NCBI GenBank assembly: GCA_964016885.1
Contig: OZ024758.1
Location: 9,796,001-9,860,000, forward strand
Length of the DNA: 64,000 nucleotides
Direction: 5' to 3'
DNA from: Eledone cirrhosa
Lineage: Eukaryota
Shown here: positions 13,271 through 25,200 of the stretch, piece after piece
How the letters are laid out: each line of letters begins with the position of its first letter
Position numbering within the stretch: the first letter of the stretch is position 1
Notes under the pieces: model-generated
Databases searched by the model: none
Told to the model about the DNA's origin: nothing
What the model saw: the letters and a program-made list of their open reading frames with translations, nothing else
Made by a program: the position numbers and the translations under genes

Positions 13271-13619
13271 AAGTGCATATGTGTGTGCATGTGTGTGTTA
13301 ACTATCTTAAAAAAAAGAATCTATACAAAGTATAATTCTAAGTTGAAAAATAAATGTTAGTTAAATTAATTAAACGAAGATATTTCACATGGAATTGATA
13401 CAGCAAATAATTGAGAACACTCAGTGCATTACACTATATTTTCAGTAAAATCCTATTTAATATCAAAATACTGCTTCAAACCGTCTAAAATAAGATTTAT
13501 AAACCAAATGATATATAATTCTCCAGTGTAGCACTTGGAATAACAGGAAACGGGTTACAGATTATGTATATTAGAAAGTCAAAAATAAAGATTATTCAAT
13601 TATTTTCTATATTGGTATG

Positions 13620-14010
13620 TAAGGACCCCATATTGACAGCTTTTCTAGGGCTTTTTTAAACTTGGCAGAGCCAACCCCTCATGGTCTGAATACAGCAGAT
13701 TTCTTCCAGAGAAAGGAAGGGAGAAAGATATAGAGGGGAGGGAAGGAAAAAAAAAAAAAAAAAAAAAAATATCAATGCTAAGTATTTAACTGGTACTTTT
13801 TTTTATTTTTTTTTATTGACCTTAACCCTTTAAACCAGCCATATCAGGGCAGCATTCTCACCTCTTTCTGTTCTAACTGGCCATTACTAACCACTCATAC
13901 TGATGTTAAGGTATTGTTCTCAAAATATCGAGATCTTGGATTCAATATTATGCGAGATAATTATGTGAGGTAAAGCATTTACCGCAAAAATACAATAGCA
14001 TATATAGAGT

Positions 14011-14043
<33 letters not shown>

Positions 14044-14196
14044 ATGTCTGCTTTTTCCTGCTTGCAAGGGTGGAACATAAATAGGAATACAAATGCTAAA
14101 AGGTTAAATGGATGAGAGTGGGCTTTGCAGTATTCATTCTGTTCCGAGTTCCAAGCATTCTATCTGACAATCTAATGACTACAAATTTGCTGCCTA
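13620..14196 (-). mobile_element. S1-with-tail SINE interrupted by a MITE
   Basis: Tail at 13620-13780; body split at TTAA (13822 and 14104). Confidence 0.65.
13822..14107 (+). mobile_element. piggyBac-like MITE family A carrying an internal (CAT)n/SINE-tail insertion
   Basis: TTAA-CCCTTT...aaatgctaaaagg-TTAA; (CAT)n at ~14012-14043. Confidence 0.8.
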
Positions 14197-14559
14197 TTTT
14201 CTATATTAGGTCACTAAAATAATTTTTTATATGAAATCAGACACTTTTAACGTCCTATATAAAGTCAAGAAGTAATGAAAACCAACAGATTTATTTTACA
14301 TATGTAACTTTAGTACGTGTTGAGGATTAACCATCACTTAATTTTATTTACATTTTTTTAACCTAGAGACAATGAGGACATAGTCTCAGCAGTGTCCCAG
14401 TTCCTAAGAGTCTTGTTAGTCTACTTATTTTCAACAATCTGACAGCTTCCTCTCTCATTACTTCATTACTTTCAAAAAAAAAAAAAATAAAAAAAAAAAA
14501 AAATAAAAAAAAAATCCAAATTTCTCAACTGTCCATGAATAACAATCAATATATATATA

Positions 14560-15082
14560 TATTGTGAGTTCAATTCTCAGACCGAGTGATGTGTTGTTTC
14601 CTTGAGCAAGACACTTTATTTCACATTGCTCCAGTTTACTCAGCTGTAGAAATGAGATGATAGGGACTGGGGTCCCTATCATTCCACTGTAAAGTGGACG
14701 TGGAGGTGCCACGGCAAAAAGGCACCCAGCACTCAATGTAAATGAGGTTGGTGTTAGGAAGGGCATCCAGCTGTAGAAATCAAGCCAGAATCAGTTCCCG
14801 TCCCACCCTTGCAAGCAGGGAAAAAGCAGACGTAAAATGAAATGATTATATATACAGTCCACGCTGTAATGTGGTCGTGTGGGCAACACAGTAAAAACCT
14901 CCCAGCCCCACACTGTAAATGTGGTTGGTGTTAGGAAGGGCATCCAGCTGTAGAAAACCCGCCAGACAGTCCTATGCGAGCAAGACAATCACTCTTGCCT
15001 CAAGTGGGAAAACCCCCATCCAAACCCATGTAAGCGTGGAACACAGACGTTAAACGTTGATGATGATGATGATGATGATGAT
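14560..15082 (+). mobile_element. Cluster of SINE pieces: S3 core plus two ...ggtgttaggaagggcatccagctgtagaaa... tails, the last ending in (GAT)n
   Basis: ttgagcaagacactttatttcacattgctccag core; duplicated tail blocks; (GAT)n at ~15059-15082. Confidence 0.7.
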
Positions 15083-16003
15083 ATATAATATATAACCTTT
15101 ATAACTTTTTCAGATTGATGTTAATGGATGTCCAATTGATTGTTGCAGAATGAAGGGAAACAAATGAAGGTGTCCAAAGGAACATATAATGTCCAGTCAA
15201 TAAAGTCAGTTTATTGGAGAAGGATAGGAAGAATGAGAAGTTTGGGGTACTAGAAATAAAATGAGCACTACATTGTGGGGCAGTAGAAGCAACTCATTTT
15301 TTTAAGGTCATAGAAAAAAAAAAAAAAAGAAAAAAAAAAAAAAATGAAAAAAACTTAATCTAGAAACTGCCATTTATTCTGTTTTATACAATGTTATTCA
15401 AATTGGATAACCTTTTTCCTATATATATATATAATTTTAACATGGCTTTATCACTGATGAGCAAACAGACAGGCGAACCAGGAATGAAGGAATTACGAAT
15501 GTAAAAAAGTTCTCCAAAATAGTTCTTGCAAATAGATTCAAAGAACCAGTAAAAAGGTAAAAGAATGAATAAAATACAATGTAAACTAAATTTGTGACAG
15601 CCATTGTGAAAGCAATGTTATCCAATGAATGCATTTAATGATCTACAAATATTCCGAAGAATAAAGATATGTGCAATGGGAAAAGAATACTATTTTTGGT
15701 TCTGCATGTTATTTAAAATACAAAAACAAGCCAGAGTTGGTTATTAAATACTATTGGGAAGAGGGTAGGAGAAGGAAATCAGTTGGGAATTATTGATGTA
15801 GAAAAATGCCAGAATTTCTAATTTTTCCTAATCTCACCACTTCCACAAGAAAATCAACACCATAAATAGGAAAAAAATTATCAGAATGCTATCCTATTCA
15901 ACATGCAAACATGCTTTTATGAAACAAGATTTTATGAAAAAAAAACAAAGAGAAAACTTATAGAACGAGAGAGAGAGTAATTGATACTTTATGAATTAAT
16001 TGA

Positions 16004-16046
<43 letters not shown>

Positions 16047-16680
16047 AAAAAGCAAAACGAAATAAGATCCTTAACTGGTAAGAGTATTGAGAAAATACAT
16101 CCCACATCAGCTTAGTGAATACAAACAAGGCAGACAAACACTTCAGAGAGTTGAATCAATAGATATTATGTGCTTGAAACAAAGAACATTAACCAAGCAG
16201 CATGCAAAGTATCAATATTATACTTAAGTATTGTTCATGCTTTGGTGATTTGGAGATTAAAATAAAAACAAAACTAAATTACAACCAGTGATTCTCATAA
16301 GAATGATTGAAATAAGATGATTGAATAAATGATGCAAATATGTAAGAGTGATGACATGCACACTTTTTTTTTTTTTTTTTTTAGTCTTTATAATGGATTT
16401 TAATTTTCACATATAAACACTTAAACTGTTTATGTTTCCAATTTGATTAAATTGGTGTCAGGAATCATGAAAAATTTGCTCCCATAGCATTGAGAAAATC
16501 AAATGCTTTAAATTATGAGATTCTATAAATCAATAAACTTGTCTATGCAATAAGAAACGAAAGACCTGGAATAATTGATGTTTCTAAAAAGAAGTGAGTG
16601 GCTATTATGGCACATAACTGAGGTGGTGGTCCAACTGTAAATGTTTACCCGAGTTATTAGATCAATATATTATTATTACA

Positions 16681-16895
16681 GGTGCTAGACTGGCAGTATC
16701 CGTAGAGGGTCGGACGCCATACTTTGCAGTATATAGTTACGGCCCTTTGCGTTCCGAGTTCAAATCCCGCCAAGTTTAATTTTGCCTTTCATCCTTATGG
16801 GGGGGGGGGGGGTCGATAAAACAAAGTACCAGCAATGCACTGGTGGTCAATTTAATCGAATTTCCCCTCCCCAAAACTGCAGGCCATGTGCTCAT
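16681..16895 (+). mobile_element. tRNA-head SINE (S1)
   Basis: A-box-like tggcagtatccg, B-box gagttcaaatccc, body tttgcctttcatcc...ggtcgataaaacaaagtaccag. Confidence 0.85.
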
Positions 16896-16983
16896 AAACT
16901 TTTGTAATCTCATCAATGCTTGTGAGAGAAATGTAATTACCGTTCCTTCAACAGATTCATGTTAAGGACTGCAGGAACAATGT

Positions 16984-17182
16984 TTTCTTCTTCGCCCACT
17001 TATTCCTGAAAGTGGTCGTGGGGACCGAGTACTCGAACACTCCTTCCAGGAGGTCCTGTCAGAAGCAACTGTCTCCAACTGATTCATCTGGATCCCAAGC
17101 TCATGGATGTTATCCAACCATCTTGCTCGAGGGGGGGTCTACCCCTGGGTCTGCTGCAGGTTGGTTTTTGCCCATGAATGTG
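16984..17182 (-). mobile_element. RTE-clade LINE 3' end, 5'-truncated
   Basis: Reverse complement matches 41430-41620. Confidence 0.8.
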
Positions 17183-17752
17183 GGCAAAAACATGTGCAGA
17201 AGAAAATTTCAAAGAACTGATGCTCTGGGGAGGAAATATTAGGTGTAGTGGTTAGTTCTGGAGGTGGATACAATATGGTGGATGAGAAGTCAGAAGTGAG
17301 AGTGGAATTGGCATGAAACCAGCAGGCTTTAAAAACAAGCCATTACAGTAGCACTAAAAAACACCAGATTAGTAGATACCACAGCAGTGGGTGAGAGGCT
17401 GGAATAAGCTGGGGAGTGACTTGTTAATCAGTTATGTGTGTGTGTGTGGTCTAAGGTGTTTCTGCATGCAAGCACATCACGTGTGTATCAGCACCATTCC
17501 AGATATTTCAGTACTACTCCACTGTGGTTCTCACCCAGGCTTTAAATAAGCAATTCACAATATTAATAATATAAAGACCAAATTCATCTAAGTTTCCATT
17601 TCGATAGGTAAATGGCCATTTGTAGTTTGTGAATGAATGCAAAATATTTTAAGAATTCAGAAGAAAAAAAAACGAATTATATCTCCAGAATTGCATCCAA
17701 GAATGATCTGAAATTTCATCTCTTAGCTATCCCAGACTAATTTCATTAATTA

Positions 17753-17780
<28 letters not shown>

Positions 17781-17784
<4 letters not shown>

Positions 17785-17788
17785 AACG

Positions 17789-17831
<43 letters not shown>

Positions 17832-18124
17832 GTGATACATCTGGACTCGGTTTATTGTGTGTTACAATTGTTTCGCCGGCAGATAGCTCAAGATACGATC
17901 ATTGTTTGGATCTGTGATTCTAGATCTACAGGTTCTTCGGACACGTGCAAAACAAATTATCTCACTGCGAGAAAATTTGTTCTGAAAGTATTGCATGTGT
18001 CCGAAGAACCAGCAGATCTAGAATCAGATCCATACAATGATCGTGTCTCCAGCTATCTGCCGGTGAAACAATTGTAACAATAAACGGAGTCTAGACGCAT
18101 CACTGATTTTCATTTTATATTATA
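17781..18124. mobile_element. Foldback/MITE-like palindromic element (~120-bp arms) in TA-rich context
   Basis: Left arm atcagtgatacatctggactc...ggttcttcggacacgtgcaa pairs with right arm ttgcatgtgtccgaagaacc...gagtctagacgcatcactgat. Confidence 0.85.
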
Positions 18125-18202
18125 TCACACTCTGCTCTGTAAGAACAGAGTGCTCAACTGGCATACCGCCTATGGAAGCATCATAGCTACCATTAAACAC
18201 AC

Positions 18203-18300
18203 ATATATATATATAGATATATATAGATATATATATATATATATATATAGATATATAGATATATAGATTATATAGACAGATATATAGATATATATATATA
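18203..18300. repeat. (TA)n/(TAGA) microsatellite
   Basis: Direct reading. Confidence 0.95.
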
Positions 18301-19159
18301 GTATTCTGCAGTATTACTATATTTTGCAGGAGTGACTTAAATTATTTTTGTTGCTCAAATGTTTACCATGCTCAGAAAATATTGTGCTGTTCAAGTATGG
18401 AAGCCCAAGAATTAAAACAGTTTCCAGCCCATAAGTACTAATTATTTAAAGGTTTGATAAATGTCAGACACATTTTATGAATAGTAATTATGCACTGGCC
18501 TAAATGCTTTGCACTCTTTGGTATCTCCCGTTCCAAAGTTCAATTCCTTTTAACTTGAACTTTTAACAGGATTTAAAAAAATTACCACCAGTAAGATCTT
18601 GGAGTCAATTCTATCAATTTCTTCAGAAAATAAAAACCAACACCTTTAAAATTTTGAAATAAGGAAATTAAATTGTTAACATATCTATATTCAAGGAGAA
18701 TCAATATGGAGGAATCTATCTCTGATTATACACTCCCTTTTATCTCATGTTGCTTTAGAAGTTCATACATCATGTGTTATAGATTTAAATTGACTTCAGA
18801 ATTTGCCTTTGATGTGCTTAATGATTAATGCCCGAAATTGATTTCAAATAGTTTTATCTATTTAGGAAAAGCTGCACAATTTAATTTTTTTTTTTTTTTA
18901 CATAACCTATAATTCAAAGTAAACTGCCTCAGTGAAATGGAAACAATTATGTGGAGATCTCTGAATATAGTTTAATGAAAATCATTGGATACAATAATAG
19001 ATGTTTTACACCATGTTTTATGTAATTTCAGTATATTGGTATTTTCTAATTTTTAGGAGACAGTATAGATAACATTAATTTTTTTTTTTTCATTTCTTTT
19101 TAAGAAAAAATAGATTATAGCCTTTCTCTATGCAAAATGTTTACCAATGCAGGCTTTTT

Positions 19160-19440
19160 GCCTACATATTCCTGCATAAGTCATGGGGCCGAGTCCTGTA
19201 ACATGCCTTCCAGCAGGTCCTGTCAGGAGCAACCAATTGATCTGGCTGGATCCCTAAACAAGACCAGCCAAACATGGATGTTATCCAACTTACTCAGGAT
19301 CTACCCCTAGGTCTCCGAGACATTCTAACCACATGGCTGTAATTTCAGCTGTGGTCTCAATTTGGAAATGTAACAGCTCTACTAGGAGCAACTGATCTCT
19401 GAGCTATCCACCGTCGAGTAACATTACTCCAGCTCTGCAT
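19160..19440 (-). mobile_element. RTE-clade LINE 3' end with internal deletion
   Basis: Reverse complement matches 41270-41610 but lacks the segment corresponding to ~41400-41450. Confidence 0.75.
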
Positions 19441-20867
19441 AATACAAAAGTTTGGCACTACCGGCTTGCTAAAAATGCTTGACAGCTAGAAAATTACAAT
19501 GCCTATGAAAATAAAAAAAAATTTTTTTAAATGATCCTCACATCAGGATATCGATTTTTCTTTCCAATGATTTATTGGCAAAATAAAAACTGTTCAAATA
19601 TTGATATGGTCATTACTTTAAACTATAATATTAGCTATTCATCTAAGACTAGGTTTTTACATATGCCAATTATTTCCAGGTTAAGGAAAAAATGAAATCA
19701 TTATGAAAAAGTGATCAGTCTCAATTCAACAGAAGGAATATAGTGACAAAACTATTACTCCAAACAGACCACTACTTTTAAGCAAACTGTAAAACTAAAT
19801 ATCCTTATGACCAATAAAAGTTTCACTCAGATGCCTTTATCCTATACCTAATCTAACATTCTTCAATATATACCAGTCACACACAAGCTATCCTTCCAAT
19901 AAATCCTGTATAAGAGCAGATTACATATACTATATTGTCTTCTAACAATGTAAAGGTAGCAAATAAACAATGGCAATAATTGATGACCTCACACACACTA
20001 AATCACAAATATATATAATAATATAAAACACTACCAAATATATATTCATCAACCAAACAGAATTCAATTTCCGGAATCACATTGTCCTTATAGATTTATA
20101 GAAAGCAATAGTATCATGGGAATCCATTACTTCATCCTTGTTCAAGGATCATTGAACATTAAAAAAAGTATATATTCCTCATGCGCTATGTAGAAATAGA
20201 TTTTTTCACATAAACAAGTAAAACAGTAGCTAATAGAGATTCTAAAACAGTGTTAACAGGATTCTAATTTAAGTTTTAACACCAAGTTAGATTTGATAGA
20301 GTAATACATTAAGCCAAGAGTAATACATTATTCTATCACTTTTTCCATATATATGTTAAAGTAATCGACAAAAAAAAAAAACAAAAAAAAAAACTATGCA
20401 CACAACACACGTTATGAAGCATCTTTCTGAGGATATACAATGTATGTTTAAGGAACGTGTATCACAACCTGAACATTGAAGGGAATTACATCTGCCAAAT
20501 ATAGTAACTTAGAAATCTGAATACAAAGAGTAGAGTTTTGTTTTAATTCTAGAAGGAATAACATGCTACACATCCACACACAAACATGTGAGTGTTGGGG
20601 TGGATTGCAAATGAATAAGGATTTAATATTACTGAGTACACGACAACTATTGCTAGTACAAAATACAGTACACAGTAAAGTAGTTGTTTCTATGAATGTC
20701 AAACTGGAAACCATGCCAAAATTTACATGTAAAAGGTGTATCTGACACATTAAGAACCGAGTCCAGCTATGACCTCCTGTCCAACACATGCCAGTATGAA
20801 AAGTTTATAAGTAAAGATCTAATAATATTCATAGAAGAGGAAAGAGTAAATATAAAAAGTAGCTATT

Positions 20868-21096
20868 TTAACCCTTTAGCATTTTACATTATTCTATACT
20901 TACTATTGTATTTTCACAGTAAAGGCTTTATTTTACATAATTATCTAAGTAATATCAAATCTACAAGATTCTGATGTCACTTATTTTGAGAACAATACCT
21001 TAATGTAGGTATGAGCAGCCAGTTACAGCTGGTTTGAAGAGAAATAGGCAAGAGCATTCTAGCAGGATATGGCCAGTTTAAATGCTAAAGGGTTAA
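20868..21096 (-). mobile_element. piggyBac-like MITE family A, intact ends
   Basis: TTAA-CCCTTTAGCATTT...AAATGCTAAAGGG-TTAA. Confidence 0.88.
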
Positions 21097-21297
21097 TGGT
21101 TTGTTCTAGAATACTTAGTGAGTTAATTCCACAGAAATATAGAAACTACACAGTATTCTAATATATAGAACATTGTTCATCTAATGAAACATTTCATTAC
21201 AATATTATCCTTTTTATTGGCAGACATGCCTTTGAACCAGTTTCATATTAGACAAAATTAACTCATTATTTCATACTTAAAACCCTGCCATGTGAGT

Positions 21298-21530
21298 GTG
21301 TATGGCCTTGTGGTTAGGGTGTTGGATCTACAATCATAATGTGGTATCATTTCTAGGGGTGGGTGGTGCAAAGCACTTCATTTCCTATTGCTCCGGTATA
21401 CTCAACTGAAAACGAGAACCATCAATAGTTGGAAGTTAAGCCTGTAATGAAATGACATCAGGAGAGGTTTTGTATTTAGTTAATGCCAAGGAAACCAGGA
21501 TAAACACTAGCCTGATGAGCCTCAAGGTTT
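21298..21530 (+). mobile_element. SINE (S3)
   Basis: gtgtatggccttgtggttagggtgttgga head; cacttcatttcctattgctcc core; matches the reverse complement of 34710-34942. Confidence 0.7.
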
Positions 21531-22874
21531 TTTTTTGGGGGGGGGGGGGCTTCCATGTTCAATCGATTTAATAGAGTCAGCATGTTGGGTGTTCAGAGTG
21601 TATTCTGAGGTCAGTTCCCACCGAGGTCAACTTTGTATTTCATTTTTTTTTTTAGGTTCTAAAAGTGTTAACCCAGTGTTGGCGCAATCCTCAGTCATAA
21701 CCTTGATGTTTTAGTGGCACAAAGAGGGGGGGGGGTGTCTATATCCGTTTGTGATTGTATGGCAACTAAGACTCATAGCAAAAGCATTGTCCATTAACCA
21801 AGTCATACTCAATTGAGTACGTGATAGTCTCAGAAACCTGCATGTTCCTACTCAACATTAAAATACTAACTCAGATTGAACATTTAACTTTTTACCCCCA
21901 CCCAGTCATTAAGTTTGAGGTGATGTACAAAAATGCTATGAATCACACTGACTTATTTCACTTGCTTCTATTAAAATATACATAAAATATCTCTTAAAGC
22001 TGCTACTTTTGTCTTTTTGAATACTATAATTAGCTATAAACATTTTATATTATCTAATATGTAGAAATATTAGTGATCTACGAAGACTTTATCCCTAGGA
22101 AATGGTAAGGTAGACATTAGTTACTGTCCACTATTGTATTTCAACTAATATCATATACCATCATTAGAAATTAAATATTAAAACTAAATGGAAAATATGT
22201 GCATTTGGTATTTATTATTCTATAGATCAATAAATAATTTTCCAGCAGAGTCAATAATGTAATTGGCTGAATGCAGCAAATTAGATAATACAACAACAAC
22301 TAACTTAAAAGTAAGATGCTCTTCCGATTCATATCAAAAATAAATAAAAGTTGAATATATAGAAACATGAATTAGAGGAAACATTTCATAGACAATTGAA
22401 CCAAATTATCCTAACCAGTTTAGCTATTAAGGAATTTTGGATCTTACCTTAATAGCTGCAAGTTATTGGTGAATTAAATCAATTCAAATGCAGAAAAGAT
22501 ATGCTTTAGCTAAATTTTAGAAGTATGCAAAATAAGAGTAGCTATCTATAAGAGGATTACTCCAAAAGAAATCTTTCAAACTATGATAGCATATAAAAAT
22601 GTGTTAAACAGAAAATACTTTCAATATAAGAGCAATCTATTTTCATATGTTTACATTTTAAAACAAAGTAAATCATACCAATATAAAGAGAACACATTTA
22701 CATTTTTATTCCCTATAATATGTGTAGTCTTCAATAGTAGCACATTTTAACATATTTAAACAGCCTAAACAGCTGACAGAACAAAGGATCCAGCCAGTGT
22801 TTCAGAAGTTTGCTATAGATCCCATACATGGACCACAAAACAGCTTTGTTAAGCAGTAAGTTAAATATGCTGGC

Positions 22875-23090
22875 AGACAAGAAACACTCCTTGCGATGGT
22901 GAAAAGAAGGCAGCATGCCTAGTATCCCACCACAACTCCTTGTCTAAAAACGCTCCTTCAGGGCACAGTCAATGGAGGATGAAGCAAAGGCAGACAAAAA
23001 AAAAAAATGCTGGTCCAACAACACCAAGACTCTTGTACAGAGACGAGTGTCGTTGACCGACTGCGAAAGCATCTAGCGCAGCACCCAACA
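22875..23090 (+). mobile_element. Decayed RTE/BovB-like LINE C-terminal fragment
   Basis: Translates, with stops and frameshifts, as QETLLAMVKRRQ...HNSLSK.LLQGTVNGG*SKGRQKK.W. Confidence 0.65.
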
Positions 23091-23232
23091 ACTGGCTACA
23101 CCAGTGGCACATCTAGAGTGGCCCTCTAACGACTGGCTGCACCAGTGGCACATCTAGAGTGGCCCTCTAACGACTGGCTGCACCAGTGGCACATCTAGAG
23201 TGGCCCTCTAACGACTAGCTGCACCAGTTGCA
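23091..23232. repeat. 41-bp tandem repeat x3.4 (actggctgcaccagtggcacatctagagtggccctctaacg)
   Basis: Units start at 23091, 23132, 23173 and 23214. Confidence 0.95.
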
Positions 23233-24707
23233 GGAACATGTGAGGATGAAACAAGTACCACTGCCTAATGAAACTTGTTAGAAACAATTATATAGTGGTA
23301 AATAATACAGATGACTCTAGAATACATTTACTACAAGATGGACTTGGCAACACAGTTGCAATGCCAAGATATGTTAATGATCTTACCAAGTACTGCTATG
23401 ATAACCCATTCCTACTACATCGTGTCTAGTACATCAAGTAAATCATAACCAATTTCTTTTATAGCTTTCAGTGGATATTATACTGAATTAGGCCTGGGTG
23501 TTTCTCATGTGGGTAGAATACAGTCTTTTGTAGGAAAAGATATTCATTGCAGTTAGCATTAGTAAGAGCATCCAGCCATAGAAACCATGCCAAATCATGG
23601 AACACATGAGCACAATCCATGTTGACAAGGTCAAAGACAAAATGATGTCAACATTGACAGTTTTCACTATCATAAGCTTATATGAAAGTAATTTTATATT
23701 ACAATTAGCGAAAAATAGAATTGTTAGTTCCAAGTTTCCAAAAAACTGTTCATTACTGACTCACTGCATTTTTGATGTTGAGTGACAAGGGACTGTAACT
23801 TGATGCAGAACAAATATCTTAAAGGAGTTCATTTGTAAAGAACAGGTTTCTCACAACTTGGGTTTTATCAAACACACATAATTTCTGTCTACCAATTTCC
23901 ACTCGAAGACAACTGGAAGCTACAGTAAAGGACACTTGCCAAAGTGAAAGCAGTATGATCAAACCCAGGGAACTATCTACTTTCCCTGATTTTCTCTATT
24001 GTATCATTTTCAGTTCACTCTAGAAAAAGCTACAGTTTTCATCTTCATATACTTTCAACTTTTAGCCAAAAGCTAAATCTAGACTATAAAAAACAAACAA
24101 AACAAGAAAAACATCCTTGCATTTTCAATGAGTTTGCTTAGAGTAAAGAAAAAGTTAATGCAATTCTTCATTATCCAATGGGAGTAAAACTTTTTTATCT
24201 GTTTGCACAGCTGGTTCTCCCCTTCAATACATACATAGATACACACATACCATCTTTAGACATTCAGCAATGATCAACAATACACAGCAAATGGCATACT
24301 TCTTTCCAATGCCCCGGAGCTCTGCAAGTAATTTCTTTATAAATACCTTGAATCTCAATGAATAGAAGATAATCTAATTTACCTTAAAGATTGATTTATC
24401 CAAATGATTTCGAATTCTTGAGTCAACCACAAATAATGAATGTAGATATCGCTACACTTTGGATGATGTTTAAAAATACATTCTTAGATAAATTAAGACC
24501 AATATATTTGATCCCGCTAAACTGCAACACTATTTCATAGTTTATTGAGACCACTTAACCTTTCAATAGGCTAACAAATCAATTTTGCTGTTCACAATGC
24601 TACATAACCTACATAACTCTACAAGAATAAGGTTAATAGAGCTCTGCAATCATTCCAGGAAGTTATGCTTTTTAAAAAATGAAAGCAATATAGCTAATTT
24701 CAATGAA

Positions 24708-24711
<4 letters not shown>

Positions 24712-24770
<59 letters not shown>
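24712..24770. repeat. (TA)n microsatellite
   Basis: Direct reading. Confidence 0.97.
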
Positions 24771-24772
<2 letters not shown>

Positions 24773-24849
24773 CAAAGGAATTGTGGCAAGGAACCAGATG
24801 GACCATAATGCACCAGAGTACTCAATACTTAGGGTAGTAGAGTGGGAAA

Positions 24850-25001
24850 TAGGAAGAAGTATGACCGACGGCAGAGCTGAAGCCGTTTCAACAGCTATTT
24901 CTGGACTAAATTAGAATTCACCAGGCTAAAAATTCTAATTTAGTCCAGAAATAGCCGTCGAAACGGCTTGAGTTCTGGCATCGGGGTCATACTTTTTCCT
25001 A
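24850..25001. mobile_element. ~150-bp palindromic MITE / hairpin flanked by TA
   Basis: taggaagaagtatgacc...ggtcatactttttccta; perfect 25-bp core stem 24894-24918/24931-24955 with a 12-nt loop. Confidence 0.85.
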
Positions 25002-25066
25002 TACATATATACACACACACACACACACATACACATACACACACACACGCATAGACAGGCAATTGC

Positions 25067-25200
25067 TTCTATTTTTCGCACAAGGCCACCAATTACCCCC
25101 AGTGCATTACTGGCGCTTTATTTTATCGACCCTGTAAGGATGAAAGGCAAAGTCAAGCATGGCCCGGTTTGAACTCAGAACGTAAAGGGCCATAACTACA
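25067..25200 (-). mobile_element. SINE S1 (5'-truncated)
   Basis: ttttatcgaccctgtaaggatgaaaggcaaagtc...tttgaactcagaacgtaaag. Confidence 0.8.

Noticed and set aside
16681-16780. tRNA gene
   Set aside because: A/B boxes are present, but there is no cloverleaf and a multi-copy SINE body follows
23091-23232. CRISPR-like palindromic repeats
   Set aside because: No unique spacers, no cas genes, eukaryotic context
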